Source: Anthoceros angustus
Lineage: Eukaryota > Plantae > Anthocerotophyta
Reading direction: 5' to 3'
Length of the DNA stretch: 64,000 nucleotides
Assembly (NCBI GenBank): GCA_010909165.1
Contig: MU008177.1
Span: 62,001-126,000, forward strand
A program made the position numbers and the translations under genes. Position 1 is the stretch's first letter. Every line of letters starts with the position of its first letter. The notes below the pieces were generated by a model. That model ran no database searches. It worked only from the letters and a program-made list of their open reading frames with translations, and had not been told where the DNA came from. Positions 12,111-25,717 of this stretch are shown in pieces.

Positions 12111-13267
12111 CAAGAATACTGTTCATCTTCTCTCAAGTATGTACCGGGTTGATAGTAGATCGCTACCGCATGATATTTTTCTTAGAGCACACTTTGGATA
12201 GATATGTGAAATGCATTTTCTTCGTGAATTAGGAAATAATTTTGACAAGTAAGAACTTAGTTTATCTATGTGGAATGCAGAGTTGTTTCCTCAACAACAA
12301 GCACAATATCTCGGATCCCGCTGGACAAATAACAAGTGGAGTTTGGGCGAGGGAGCAATGATTTGTGGGATAGTGGGAAGAATTGTGATGTAACCTTCCC
12401 GATCTGACACCATCACATGTAAGAGAGCACCAATAGATATTCCTATTGCATCTATTAGTAGGGGATCCCGGCATTCCTTTTCAAGGAGAAGGAGTAGTGC
12501 TCGCAAGATGCATAAAGTGTGTTTGGCGATTACACAACAATTCACCTAGATCCATGTATATCCAGCAGTAATTTCATGGAGCTGCAACGCTAGTAGCATG
12601 TGCATAAAGGATGGAATGTTTTCCTCATTGTAGTCACGTTGCTTTAAAATTTTACCAAAAAGCTTATGCTCCTTGTCTTGATAAAACCAAAGAATACTGT
12701 TCATCTTCTCTCAAGTATGTACCGGGTTGATAGTAGATCGCTACCGCATGATATTTTTCTTAGAGCACACTTTGGATAGATATGTGAAATGCATTTTCTT
12801 CGTGAATTAGGAAATAATTTTGACAAGTAAGAACTTAGTTTATCTATGTGGAATGCAGAGTTGTTTCCTCAACAACAAGCACAATATCTCGGATCCCGCT
12901 GGACAAATAACAAGTGGAGTTTGGAAGAGGGAGCAATGATTTGTGGGATAGTGGGAAGAATTGTGATGTAACCTTCCCGATCTGACACCATCACATGTAA
13001 GAGAGCACCAATAGATATTCCTATTGCATCTATTAGTAGGGGATCCCGGCATTCCTTTTCAAGGAGAAGGAGTAGTGCTCGCAAGATGCATGGCAAGTGT
13101 GTTTGGCGATTACACAACAATTCACCTAGATCCATGTATATCCAGCAGTAATTTCATGGAGCTGCAACGCTAGTAGCATGTGCATAAAGGATGGAATGTT
13201 TTCCTCATTGTAGTCACGTTGCTTTAAAATTTTACCAAAAAGCTTATGCTCCTTGTCTTGATAAAAC
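12111..13267 (+). pseudogene. Two extra ~578-bp partial copies of gene B (end of exon 1, intron, exon 2)
   Basis: Junctions at CAAGAATA (12111) and CAAAGAATA (12689). No ATG or signal peptide in these copies. Confidence 0.8.
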
Positions 13268-15094
13268 CAAGAATATGGAGACTTTACGAAGAAAAAGGAG
13301 ATGGGAAATCCCATTTGCCCCGAGAAAAAGGAGGAAAGACCAAGCCAAGGGGACTAACCCTCACGACCGCTCATCTCGAAACTAACTACATATTAAGAAT
13401 TTCGTGGTTAGAGATATGAGAAGGCCTACCTACCGAGGGGCCGAACGCGCATCCCGTTGCCTTGCGTCCACCGCTCGCCAACGCCTCTATATGGCGATGG
13501 ACACCTGCTTTCAAGAAAGCCACGACAAGAAAAGGAGATCAACCCCATTATTCTTGCGATTGTGGTAAGCCTTGCACAGTCAAGGTGAAGTGGAAGGTTG
13601 CTGCTGAGGCGGGGGCGGGCTGGGCAATGGAGGTAGGGATGTGGAGCCCCGCCAGCCGTGGCTTGGGGCCATGAGGCCCCATCATGGTCCGGTGGTTGGT
13701 TGCTATCCACGGAGAGTTAGCACACGCTTGTGGTATGAAACTTCCTTGTGGTTGCAATGTGCACAAACCGCAAATGACGACGACCATCGACTTGTGGAAT
13801 GCGGATGCGGATGAATGTTCCTGCTCTTGTCCCTCGGCTCTGCCCCCATTTACATGAGCGGTCTTGTGGGACCACCTGCATCATCACTACGGCAAGCACC
13901 ATCTTCACATACATACATCCAGGCTCCAACACTTTTCAACCTCAACTTCCAATCTCTAAATAAAGGTTAGGATTCCCCTAGCATATACGCACTATCACTA
14001 CTAGAAAAAGGGGTGGTATTGTCACACTTATATCACGGTTTATGCAGCCTATTATGACGGTGCTACGATCTTGTCACACTTTTGGTATAATGGTGGAGGA
14101 ATGGTAACCAAACCTCTTGGTGTTGCAGCTATTACGGAACTACGTGAATGCGTGTCACGAACTATGACCGTATGAGTGTGACAATTGAAGAATTATAACA
14201 CTTTGTGTGCACGGGCCCGGCCCGACATCGGACTCCATAACCATGGTTAACAATGCCTTTCAATTTTCCATTGTGGCTCGGAGAGACAATCTTGTGCTAG
14301 CCAGCTCGGATGCCGGAACAAGTATTGTATTTTGTTTTTATGAATGCATGAGAGCACCCGCCAAAGAAAACAAAAATCAACGATGATGTTTGCAAAGGAA
14401 TGAAAAAGCCAACAATGATGTCCCTAAAGGAGTACTCAATCTAAGAAGAAAAGAAAAGGTGATGTATAGGTGTTATAGGTATTCCTAATCCTATCATTTT
14501 ATTCAGATGAGGAATTGCGTTTATACTCAACGCATTTTGTGATCGGCATCAAGTTTCGACCTTACAGCTTTATTCTATTCTTTTCATATTCATATCATGT
14601 CATGTATGAGAAAGAAATTGGGTTTATATTACATCCCTTTGCCACCGTCGAGTTTGGATCTTAGTTCTCGAGATAAATCCATCATTTAATACTATATATG
14701 TGTTTCCTTGGCTACATACTATTCAACTACTTTTGACTTGAAGTAACAACCATCCGTTTGTTTGTAACTTGAGTTCAAAGATGACGACCCATACTCTTGC
14801 TAGTTTTTATTGCTTTGGCAATGGGTGCCATGATGGTGGATGGCAAGAATTTTGTTGAGCTCCAAGCGCACGGGCACTAATAGTCATATTCACCCTGATG
14901 TCCAATACACTACGAGCAATACACCAACCTCCACTATCTCGAGTATGTATGAGATTTTTATGTTTGATTGTTGTTGGACAAGTTTTCTTGTTGCAATGTT
15001 GACTAAAAGTGGAAGTATATGTGTGAATTCTATAATTTTGTTTTTACATCATTTATCATTTTCTTTTTGATCTTTTGAGCCAAGTGATTTCAAA

Positions 15095-15725
15095 ATGGAA
15101 AAAAAAATCATTCTACTATATACCTTTTTATTGCTTTGACAATGGTTGTTGTTATACTAGGAGTGAGTGGTCATTCAACTCTTCGCGGAGGACATGTTAG
15201 AACGTTTAACCATATTGAGTCAAATGTGTTATACTCGGCAAGAATACGCTTCATCTTCTCTCAAGTATGTACCCGGGTTGATAGTAGATCGCTACGCATG
15301 ATATTTTTCTTAGAGCACACTTTGGATAGATATGTGAAATGCATTTTCTTCCTCGTGAATTAGGAAATAATTTTGACAAGTAAGAACTTAGTTTATCTAT
15401 GTGGAATGCAGGTTGTTTCCTCAACAACAAGCACAATATCTCGGTGGATCCTGGACAAATAACAAGTGGAGTTTGGGCGGTAGGGAGCAATGATTTGTGG
15501 GATAGTGGGAAGAATTGTGATGTAACCTTCATATGTGCAAATTATATCGACACCATCACATGTAAGAGAGCACCAATAGATATTCCTATTGCGGATCTAT
15601 TAGTAGTAGGGGATCCGGCATTCCTTTTCAAGGAGAAGGAGTAGTGCTCTCGCAAGATGCATGGCAAGTCGTGTTTGGCGATTCACCACAACAATTCACC
15701 TAGATCCATGTATATCCAGCAGTAA
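15095..15725 (+). CDS. Gene B copy 5 (EG45-like DPBB), frameshifted as assembled
   Basis: ORF 15399-15644 shows SCFLNNK...LWDSGKNC...TCKRAPIDIPIADL in one frame. Confidence 0.55.
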
Positions 15726-17674
15726 TTTCATGGAGCTGGTAGCAACGCTAGTAGCATGTGCATAAAGGATGGAATGTTTCCTCATTGTAGTCACGTTGCT
15801 TTAAAATTTTACCAAAAGCTTATGCTCCTTGTCTTGATAAAACCAAACATGGAGACTTTACGAAGAAAAGGAGATGGAAATCCCATTTGCCCGAGAAAAA
15901 AGGAGGAAAGACCAAGCCAAGGGGACTAACCTCACGACCGCTCATCTCGAAACTAACTACATACAAGAATTTCGTGGTTAGAGATATGAGAAGGCCTACT
16001 CTACCACAGTCAAGGCCGCATCCCGGCTTGCCGCCGTCCTATACACGCTCGCCAACGCCTCTATATGGCGATGGACACCTGCTTCAAGAAAGCCACGACA
16101 AGAAAGGGGAGATCAACCCCATTATTCTTGCGATTGTGGTAAGCCTTGCACAGTCAAGGTGAAGTGGAAGGTTGCCTGAGGCGGGCGGCCTGGGCAATGG
16201 AGGTAGGGATGTGGAGCCCCGCCCAGTGGCTTGGGGCCATGAGGCCCCATCATGGTCCGAAGGTGGTTGCTATCCACGGAGAGTTAGCACACGCTTGTGG
16301 TATGAAACTTCCTTGTGGTTGCAATGTGCACAAACTGCAAATGACGACGACCATCGACTTGTGGAATGCGGATGCAGGATGAATGTTCCGGGCTCTTGTC
16401 CCTCGGCTCTGCCCCCCCATTTACATGCATGAGTCTTGCGGACATGTACCTCACATCATCTACTACGGCTTGTGCCAAGCACCATCTTCACATACATAAA
16501 TCCAGCTCCAACACTTTTCAACCTCAACTTCCAATCTCTAAATAAAGGTTAGGATTCCCCTAGCATATACGCAGACTATCACTACTAGAAAGGGGTGGTA
16601 TTGTCACGCCATATCACGGTTTATGCAGCCTATTATGACGGTATACGCATCTTGTCACACTTTTGGTATAATGGTGGAGGAATGGTAACCAACCTCTTGG
16701 TGTAATCGCTTATTACGGAACTACGTGAATGCGCACACTAACTATGACCGTATGAGTGTGACAATTGAAGAATTATAACACTTTGTGTGCACGGGCCCGA
16801 CAATCGACTCCATAACCATGGTTAACAATGCCTTTCAATTTTCCATTGTGGCTCGGAGACAATCTTGTGCTAGCCAGCTCGGATGCCGAACAAGTATTGT
16901 ATTTTGTTTTTATGAATGCATGAGAGCACCCGCCAAAGAAAACAAAAATCAACGATGATGTTTGCAAAGGAATGAAAAAAGCCAACAATGATGTCCCTAA
17001 AGGAGTACTCAATCTAAGAAGAAAAGAAAAGGTGATGTATAGGTGTTATAGGTATTCCTAATCCTATCATTTTATTCAGATGAGGAATTGCGCTTTTATA
17101 CTCAACGCATTTTGTGATCGGCATCAAGTTTCGACCTTACGCTTTTATTCTATTCTTTTCATATTCATATCATGTCATGTATACGTGTGAAAGAAATTGG
17201 GTTTATATTACATCCCTTTGCCACCGCTCGAGTTTGGATCTTAGTTCTAGATAAATCCATCATTTAATACTATATATGTGTTTCCTTGGCTACATACTAT
17301 TCAACTACTTTTTGGACTTGAGAAGTAACAACCATCCGTTTGTTTGTAACTTGAGTTCAAAGATGACGACCCATACTCTGCTAGTTTTATTGCTTTGGCA
17401 ATGGGTGCCATGATGGTGGATGGCAAGAATTTTGTTGAGCTCCAAGCGCATAGGCACTAATAGTCATATTCACTCGGATGTCCAATACACTACGAGCAAT
17501 ACACCAACCTCCACTATCTCGAGTATGTATGAGATTTTTATGTTTGATTGTTGTTGGACAAGTTTTCTTGTTGCAATGTTGACTAAAAGTGGAAGTATAT
17601 GTGTGAATTCTATAATTTTGTTTTTTACATCATTTATCATTTTCTTTTGATCTTTTGAGCCAAGTGATTTCAAA

Positions 17675-18299
17675 ATGGAAAAAAAAATCATTCTACTATA
17701 TACCTTTTATTGCTTTGACAATGGTTGTTGTTATACTAGAGTGAGTGGTCATTCAACTCTTGCTGGAGGACATGTTAGAACGCGTTTAACCATATTGAGT
17801 CAAATGTGTTATACTCAAAGACAATCTGTTTCATCTTCTCTCAAGTATGTACCGGGTTGATAGTAGATCGCGCTGCATGATATTTTTCTTAGAGCACACT
17901 TTGGATAGATATGTGAAATGCATTTTCTTCCGTGAATTAGGAAATAATTTTGACAAGTAAGAACTTAGTTTATCTATGTGGAATGCGTGAGTTGTTTCCT
18001 CAACAACAAGCACAATATCTCGGATCCTTGGACAAATAACAAGTGGAGTTTGGGCGTAGGGAGCAATGATTTGTGGGATAGTGGGAAGAATTGTGATGTA
18101 ACCTTCGCTATGTGCGCCCCGACACGACACCATCACATGTAAGAGAGCACCAATAGATATTCCTATTGCAGATCTATTAGTAGTAGGGGATCCCGCATTC
18201 CTTTTCAAGGAGAAGGAGTAGTGCTCTCGCAAGATGCATGGCAAGTCGTGTTTGGCGATTCGAGACAACAATTCACCTAGATCCATGTATCCAGCGTAA
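17675..18299 (+). CDS. Gene B copy 6 (EG45-like DPBB), frameshifted as assembled
   Basis: Same structure as copy 1. Confidence 0.55.
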
Positions 18300-19588
18300 T
18301 TTCATGGAGCTGGTAGCAACGCTAGTAGCATGTGCATAAAGGATGGAATGTTTTCCTCATTGTAGTCACGTTGCTTTAAAATTTTACCAAAAGCTTATGC
18401 TCCTTGTCTTGATAAAACCAAGAACATGGAGACTTTCGAAGAAAAGGAGATGGAAATCCCATTTGCCCGAGAAAAGGAGGAAAGACCAAGCCAAGGGGAC
18501 TAACCTCACCGGCCAGCTCATCTCGAAACTAACTACATACAGCCAGAAGAATTTCGTGGTTAGAGATATGAGAAGGCCTACCTACCACGAGGGCCGAAGA
18601 CGCCGCATCCCTGCTTGCCGCCGTCCTATACACCGCGCTCGCCCTCTATGGCGATGGACACCCGCTTCAAGAAAGCCACGGTGAAAGGGAGATCAACCCC
18701 ATTATTCTTGCGATTGTGGTAAGCCTTGGCACAGTCAAGGTGAAGTGGAAGGTTGCCTGGAGGCGGGCGGGCCTGGGCAATGGAGGTAGGGATGTGGAGC
18801 CCCCCGGGGCCGTAGCTTGGGGCCATGAGGCCCCATCATGGTCCGAAGGTGGTTGCTATCCACGGAGAGTTAGCACACGCTTGTGGTATGAAACTTCCTT
18901 GTGGTTGCAATGTGCACAAACCGCAAATGACGACGCCAGCGACTTGTGGAATGCGGATGCGGGATGAATGTTCCTGCTCTTGTCCCCTCGGCTCCGCCCC
19001 ATTTACATGAGCGGTCTTGGCCGGACCTGACCTCACATCATCTACTACGGCTTGTGCCAAGCACATCATCTACTACGGCATGCCAAGCACCATCTTCACA
19101 TACATAAATCCAGGCTCCAACACTTTTCAACCTCAACTTCCAATCTCTAAATAAAGGTTAGGATTCCCCTAGCATATCGCAGACTATCACTACTAGAAAA
19201 GGGTGGTATTGTCACGACTTATATCACGGTTTATGCAGCCTATTATGACGGTGCTACGCATCTTGTCACACTTTTGGTATAATGGTGGAGGAATGGTAAC
19301 CAAACCTCTTGGTGTTGCAATCGCTTATTACGGAACTACGTGAATGCGTGTCACGAACTATGACCGTATGAGTGTGACAATTGAAGAATTATAACACTTT
19401 GTGTGCACGGGCCCGGGCACGACACTGGACTCATAACCATGGTTAACAATGCCTTTCAATTTTCCATTGTGGCTCGGAGAGACAATCTTGTGCTAGCCGA
19501 GCCTTACGGATGTGGAACAAGTATTGTATTTTGTTTTTTACATCATTTTATCATTTTCTTTTGATCTTTTGAGCCAAGTGATTTCAAA

Positions 19589-20211
19589 ATGGAAAAAAAA
19601 TCATTCTACTATATACCTTTTATTGCTTTGACAATGGTTGTTGTTATACTAGGAGTGAGTGGTCATTCAACTCTTGAGGACATGTTAGAGCGTTTAACCA
19701 TATTGAGTCAAATGTGTTATACTCAAATATCTGCTTCATCTTCTCTCAAGTATGTACCGGGTTGATAGTAGATCGCGCTGCATGATATTTTTCTTAGAGC
19801 ACACTTTGGATAGATATGTGAAATGCATTTTCTTTTGAATTAGGAAATAATTTTGACAAGTAAGAACTTAGTTTATCTATGTGGAATCACGGTAGTTGTT
19901 TCCTCAACAACAAGCACAATATCTCGGTGGATCCTTTGGACAAATAACAAGTGGAGTTTGGGCGGTAGGGAGCAATGATTTGTGGATAGTGGGAAGAATT
20001 GTGATGTAACCTTCGCTATGTGCGGTCATATCGACACCATCACATGTAAGAGGCACCAATAGATATTCCTATTGCGGATCTATTAGTAGTAGGGGATCCG
20101 GCATTCCTTTTCAAGGAGAAGGAGTAGTGCTCTCGCAAGATGCATGGCAATTTGTGTTTGGCGATTCGAGACTACAACAATTCACCTAGATCCATGTATA
20201 TCCAGCAGTAA
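19589..20211 (+). CDS. Gene B copy 7 (EG45-like DPBB); unit lacks exon A
   Basis: Same gene structure. About 700 bp of upstream sequence is deleted at the 19528-19540 junction. Confidence 0.55.
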
Positions 20212-22156
20212 TTTCATGGAGCTGGTAGCAACGCTAGTAGCATGTGCATAAAGGATGGAATGTTTTCCTCATTGTAGTCACGTTGCTTTAAAATTTTACC
20301 AAAAGCTTATGCTCCTTGTCTTGATAAAACCAAGAATAACATGGAGACTTTACGAAAGAAAAGGAGATGGGAAATCCCATTTGCCCGAGAAAAAGGAGGA
20401 AAGACCAAGCCAAGGGGACTAACCCTCACGACCGCTCATCTCGAAACTAACTACATCTGAAGAATTTCGTGGTTAGAGATATGAGAAGGCCTACCTACAC
20501 AGGGCGAAGACGCCGCATCCCTGCTTGCCGCCGTCCTATACACGCGTTCGCCAACGCCTCTATATGGCGATGGACACCCGTTTCCCACGGTGCAAGAAAA
20601 GGGGAGATCAACCCCATTATTCTTGCGATTGTGGTAAGCCTTGGCACAGTCAAGGTGAAGTGGAAGGTTGCTGCTGAGGCGGGCGGGCCTGGGCAATGGA
20701 GGTAGGGATGTGGAGCCCCGGCCGTGGCTTGGGGCCATGAGGCCCCATCATGGTCCGGTGGTTGCTATCCACGGAGAGTTAGCACACGCTTGTGGTATGA
20801 AACTTCCTTGTGGTTGCAATGTGCACAAACCGCAAATGACGACCAGCGACTTGTGGAATGCGGATGCAGGATGAATGTTCCGGGCTCTTGTCCCTCGGCT
20901 CTACATTTACATGAGCCGGTCTTGGCCGGACCTGACCTCACATCATCTACTAACATGCCAAGCACCATCTTCACATACATAAATCCAGGCTCCAACACTT
21001 TTCAACCTCAACTTCCAATCTCTAAATAAAGGTTAGGATTCCCCTAGCATATCGCAGACTATCACTACTAGAAAAGGGTGGTATTGTCACTTATATCACG
21101 GTTTATGCAGCCTATTATGACGGTGCTACGCATCTTGTCACACTTTTGGTATAATGGTGGAGGAATGGTAACCAAACCTCTTGGTGTTGCCTTTGCAACT
21201 ACGGAACTACGTGAATGTCACGAACTATGACCGTATGAGTGTGACAATTGAAGAATTATAACACTTTGTGTGCACGGGCCCGACATCGACTCCATAACCA
21301 TGGTTAACAATGCCTTTCAATTTTCCATTGTGGCTCGGAGAGACAATCTTGTGCTAGCCGAGCCGGATCTTTGGAACAAGTATTGTATTTTGTTTTTATG
21401 AATGCATGAGAGCACCCGCAAAGAAAACAAAAATCAACGATGATGTTTGCAAAGGAATGAAAAAGCCAACAATGATGTCCCTAAAGGAGTACTCAATCTA
21501 AGAAGAAAAGAAAAGGTGATGTATAGGTGTTATAGGTATTCCTAATCCTATCATTTTATTCAGATGAGGAATTGCGTTTATACTCAACGCATTTTGTGAT
21601 CGGCATCAAGTTTCGACCTTACAGTTTTATTCTATTCTTTTCATATTCATATCATGTCATGTAATGAAAGAAATTGGGTTTATATTACATCCCTTTGCCT
21701 ATCGAGTTTGGATCTTAGTTCTCGAGATAAATCCATCATTTAATACTATATATGTGTTTCCTTGGCTACATACTATTCAACTACTTTTTGGACTTGAGAA
21801 GTAACAACCATCCGGTTTGTTTGTAACTTGAGTTCAAAGATGACGACCCATACTCTCGCTAGTTTTTATTGCTTTGGCAATGGGTGCCATGATGGTGGAT
21901 GGCAAGAATTTTGTTGAGCTCCAAGCGCCGTGGGCACTAATAGTCATATTCACTCGGATGTCCAATACACTACGAGCAATACACCAACCTCCACTATCTC
22001 GAGTATGTATGAGATTTTTATGTTTGATTGTTGTTGGACAAGTTTTCTTGTTGCAATGTTGACTAAAAGTGGAAGTATATGTGTGAATTCTATAATTTTG
22101 TTTTTTACATCATTTTATCATTTTCTTTTTGATCTTTTGAGCCAAGTGATTTCAAA

Positions 22157-22786
22157 ATGGAAAAAAAAAATCATTCTACTATATACCTTTTATTGCTTTG
22201 ACAATGGTTGTTGTTATACTAGGAGTGAGTGGTCATTCAACTCTTCGCGGAGGACATGTTAGAACGTTTAACCATATTGAGTCAAATGTGTTATACTCAG
22301 CAGCAATACTGGCTTCATCTTCTCTCAAGTATGTACCGGGTTGATAGTAGATCGCTGCATGATATTTTTCTTAGAGCACACTTTGGATAGATATGTGAAA
22401 TGCATTTTCTTGAGAATTAGGAAATAATTTTGACAAGTAAGAACTTAGTTTATCTATGTGGAATGCACGTGAGTTGTTTCCTCAACAACAAGCACAATAT
22501 CTCGATGGATCCTGGACAAATAACAAGTGGAGTTTGGGCGGTGGGGAGCAATGATTTGTGGGATAGTGGGAAGAATTGTGATGTAACCTTCGCTATGTGC
22601 AATCGATATCGACACCATCACATGTAAGAGAGCACCAATAGATATTCCTGTGCGGATCTATTAGTAGTAGGGGATCCCGCATTCCTTTTCAAGGAGAAGG
22701 AGTAGTGCTCTCGCAAGATGCATGGCGTATGTTTGGCGATTCGAGACTACAACAATTCACCTAGATCCATGTATATCCAGCAGTAA
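22157..22786 (+). CDS. Gene B copy 8 (EG45-like DPBB), frameshifted as assembled
   Basis: ORF 22430-22627 covers SCFLNNK...LWDSGKNCDVTFAMC. Confidence 0.55.
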
Positions 22787-24750
22787 TTTCATGGAGCTGG
22801 TAGCAACGCTAGTAGCATGTGCATAAAGGATGGAATGTTTTCCTCATTGTAGTCACGTTGCTTTAAAATTTTTACCAAAAAGCTTATGCTCCTTGTCTTG
22901 ATAAAACCAAGAACATGGAGACTTTACGAAAGAAAAGGAGATGGGAAATCCCATTTGCCCGAGAAAAAGGAGGAAAGACCAAGCCAAGGGGACTAACCTC
23001 ACGACCGCTCATCTCGAAACTAACTACATACACAAGAATTTCGTGGTTAGAGATATGAGAAGGCCTACCTATCAAGACGCCAGCGCATCCCGGTGCTTGC
23101 CGCCGTCCTATACACGCGTTAATACGCCTCTATATGGCGATGGACACCCGTTTCAAGAAAGCCACAAGACAAGAAAAGGGGAGATCAACCCCATTATTCT
23201 GCGATTGTGGTAAGCCTTGCACAGTCAAGGTGAAGTGGAAGGTTGCTGCGGGCGGTGGGCGGCCCGCAATGGAGGTAGGGATGTGGAGCCTGGGGCCGTG
23301 GCTTAAGCCATGAGGCCCCATCATGGTCCGAAGGTGGTTGCTATCCACGGAGAGTTAGCACACGCTTGTGGTATGAAACTTCCTTGTGGTTGCAATGTGC
23401 ACAAACCGCAAATGACGGCGACCACCGACTTGTGGAATGCGGATGCGGATGAATGTTCCTGCTCTTGTCCCCTCGGCTCTGCCCCATTTACATGGAGTCT
23501 TTAGGACCGTACCCTCACATCATCTACTACGGCTTGCCAAGCACCATCTTCACATACATAAATCCAGCTCCAACACTTTTCAACCTCAACTTCCAATCTC
23601 TAAATAAAGGTTAGGATTCCCCTAGCATATACGCAGACTATCACTACTAGAAAAAGGGGTGGTATTGTCACGACTTATATCACGGTTTATGCAGCCTATT
23701 ATGACGGTGCTACGATCTTGTCACACTTTTGGTATAATGGTGGAGGAATGGTAACCAAACCTCTTGGTGTTGCACTGCTTATTACGGAACTACGTGAATG
23801 CGTGTCACGAACTATGACCGTATGAGTGTGACAATTGAAGAATTATAACACTTTGTGTGCACGGGCCTGGGCCTGACACTGGACTCCATAACCATGGTTA
23901 ACAATGCCTTTCAATTTTCCATTGTGGCTCAGGAGAGACAATCTTGTGCTAGCCAGGCTTCTGGATGCTGGAACAAGTATTGTATTTTGTTTTTATGAAT
24001 GCATGAGAGCACCCGCCAAAGAAAACAAAAATCAACGATGATGTTTGCAAAGGAATGAAAAAGCCAACAATGATGTCCCTAAAGGAGTACTCAATCTAAG
24101 AAGAAAAGAAAAGGTGATGTATAGGTGTTATAGGTATTCCTAATCCTATCATTTTATTCAGATGAGGAATTGCGTTTATACTCAACGATTTTGTGATCGG
24201 CATCAAGTTTCGACCTTACGCTTTATTCTATTCTTTTCATATTCATATCATGTCATGTACGTGTGAAAGAAATTGGGTTTATATTACATCCCTTTTGCCC
24301 ATCGAGTTTGGATCTTAGTTCTAGATAAATCCATCATTTAATACTATATATGTGTTTCCTTGGCTACATACTATTCAACTACTTTTGACTTGAGAAGTAA
24401 CAACCATCTGGTTTGTTTGTAACTTGAGTTCAAAGATGACGACCCATACTCTACATAGTTTTTATTGCTTTGGCAATGGGTGCCATGATGGTGGATGGCA
24501 AGAATTTTGTTGAGCTCCAAGCGCACGTGCACTAATAGTCATATTCACTCGGATGTCCAATACCCTTTAGCAATACACCAACCTCCACTATCTCGAGTAT
24601 GTATGAGATTTTTTGTGTTTGATTGTTGTTGGACAAGTTTTCTTGTTGCAATGTTGACTAAAAGTGGAAGTATATGTGTGAATTCTATAATTTTGTTTTT
24701 TACATCATTTATCATTTTCTTTTTGATCTTTTGAGCCAAGTGATTTCAAA

Positions 24751-25367
24751 ATGGAAAAAAAAATCATTCTACTATATACCTTTTATTGCTTTGACAATGG
24801 TTGTTGTTATACTAGGAGTGAGTGGTCATTCAACTCTTCATGGAGGACATGTTAGAACGCTTAACCATATTGAGTCAAATGTGTTATATAAAGACAATGT
24901 TTCATCTTCTCTCAAGTATGTACCGGGTTGATAGTAGATCAGCTGATATTTTCTTAGAGCACACTTTGGATAGATATGTGAAATGCATTTTCTTCGTGAA
25001 TTAGGAAATAATTTTTGACAAGTAAGAACTTAGTTTATCTATGTGGAATGCGGTGAGTTGTTTCCTCAACAACAAGCACAATATCTCGGTGGATCCCGCT
25101 GGACAAATAACAAGTGGAGTTTGGTGAGGGAGCAATGATTTGTGGGATAGTGGGAAGAATTGTGATGTAACCTTCGCTATATGCGATCTTCGACACCATC
25201 ACATGTAAGAGAGCACCAATAGATATTCCTATTGCGGATCTATTAGTAGTAGGGGATCGGCATTCCTTTTCAAGGAGAAGGAGTAGTGCTCGCAAGATGC
25301 ATGGCAAGTGTGTTTGGCGATTCGGGACTACAACAATTCACCTAGATCCATGTATATCCAGCAGTAA
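24751..25367 (+). CDS. Gene B copy 9 (EG45-like DPBB), frameshifted as assembled
   Basis: Same structure as copy 1. Confidence 0.55.
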
Positions 25368-25411
25368 TTTCATGGAGCTGGTATAGCTAAATACGTGCAT
25401 AAAGGATGGAA

Positions 25412-25717
25412 TGTTTTCCTCAACAAACACAATATCTCGGTGGATCCCGCTGGACAAATAACAAGTGGAGTTTGGGCGGTGAGCAATGATTTAATGGGAT
25501 AGTGGGAAGAATTGTGATGTAACCTTCGCTATGTGCATCGATATCGACACCATCACATGTAAGAGAGCACCAATAGATATTCCTATTGCGGATCTATTAG
25601 TAGTAGGGGATCCGGCATTCCTTTTCAAGGAGAAGGAGTAGTGCTCGCAAGATGCATGGCAAGTGTGTTTGGCGATTCGACTACAACAATTCACCTAGAT
25701 CCATGTATATCCAGTAA
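25412..25717 (+). pseudogene. Extra copy of gene B exon 2 (~354-bp tandem duplication)
   Basis: Junction TGTTTTCCTCA at 25412-25422 joins 3' flank back to the exon 2 start. Confidence 0.8.
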
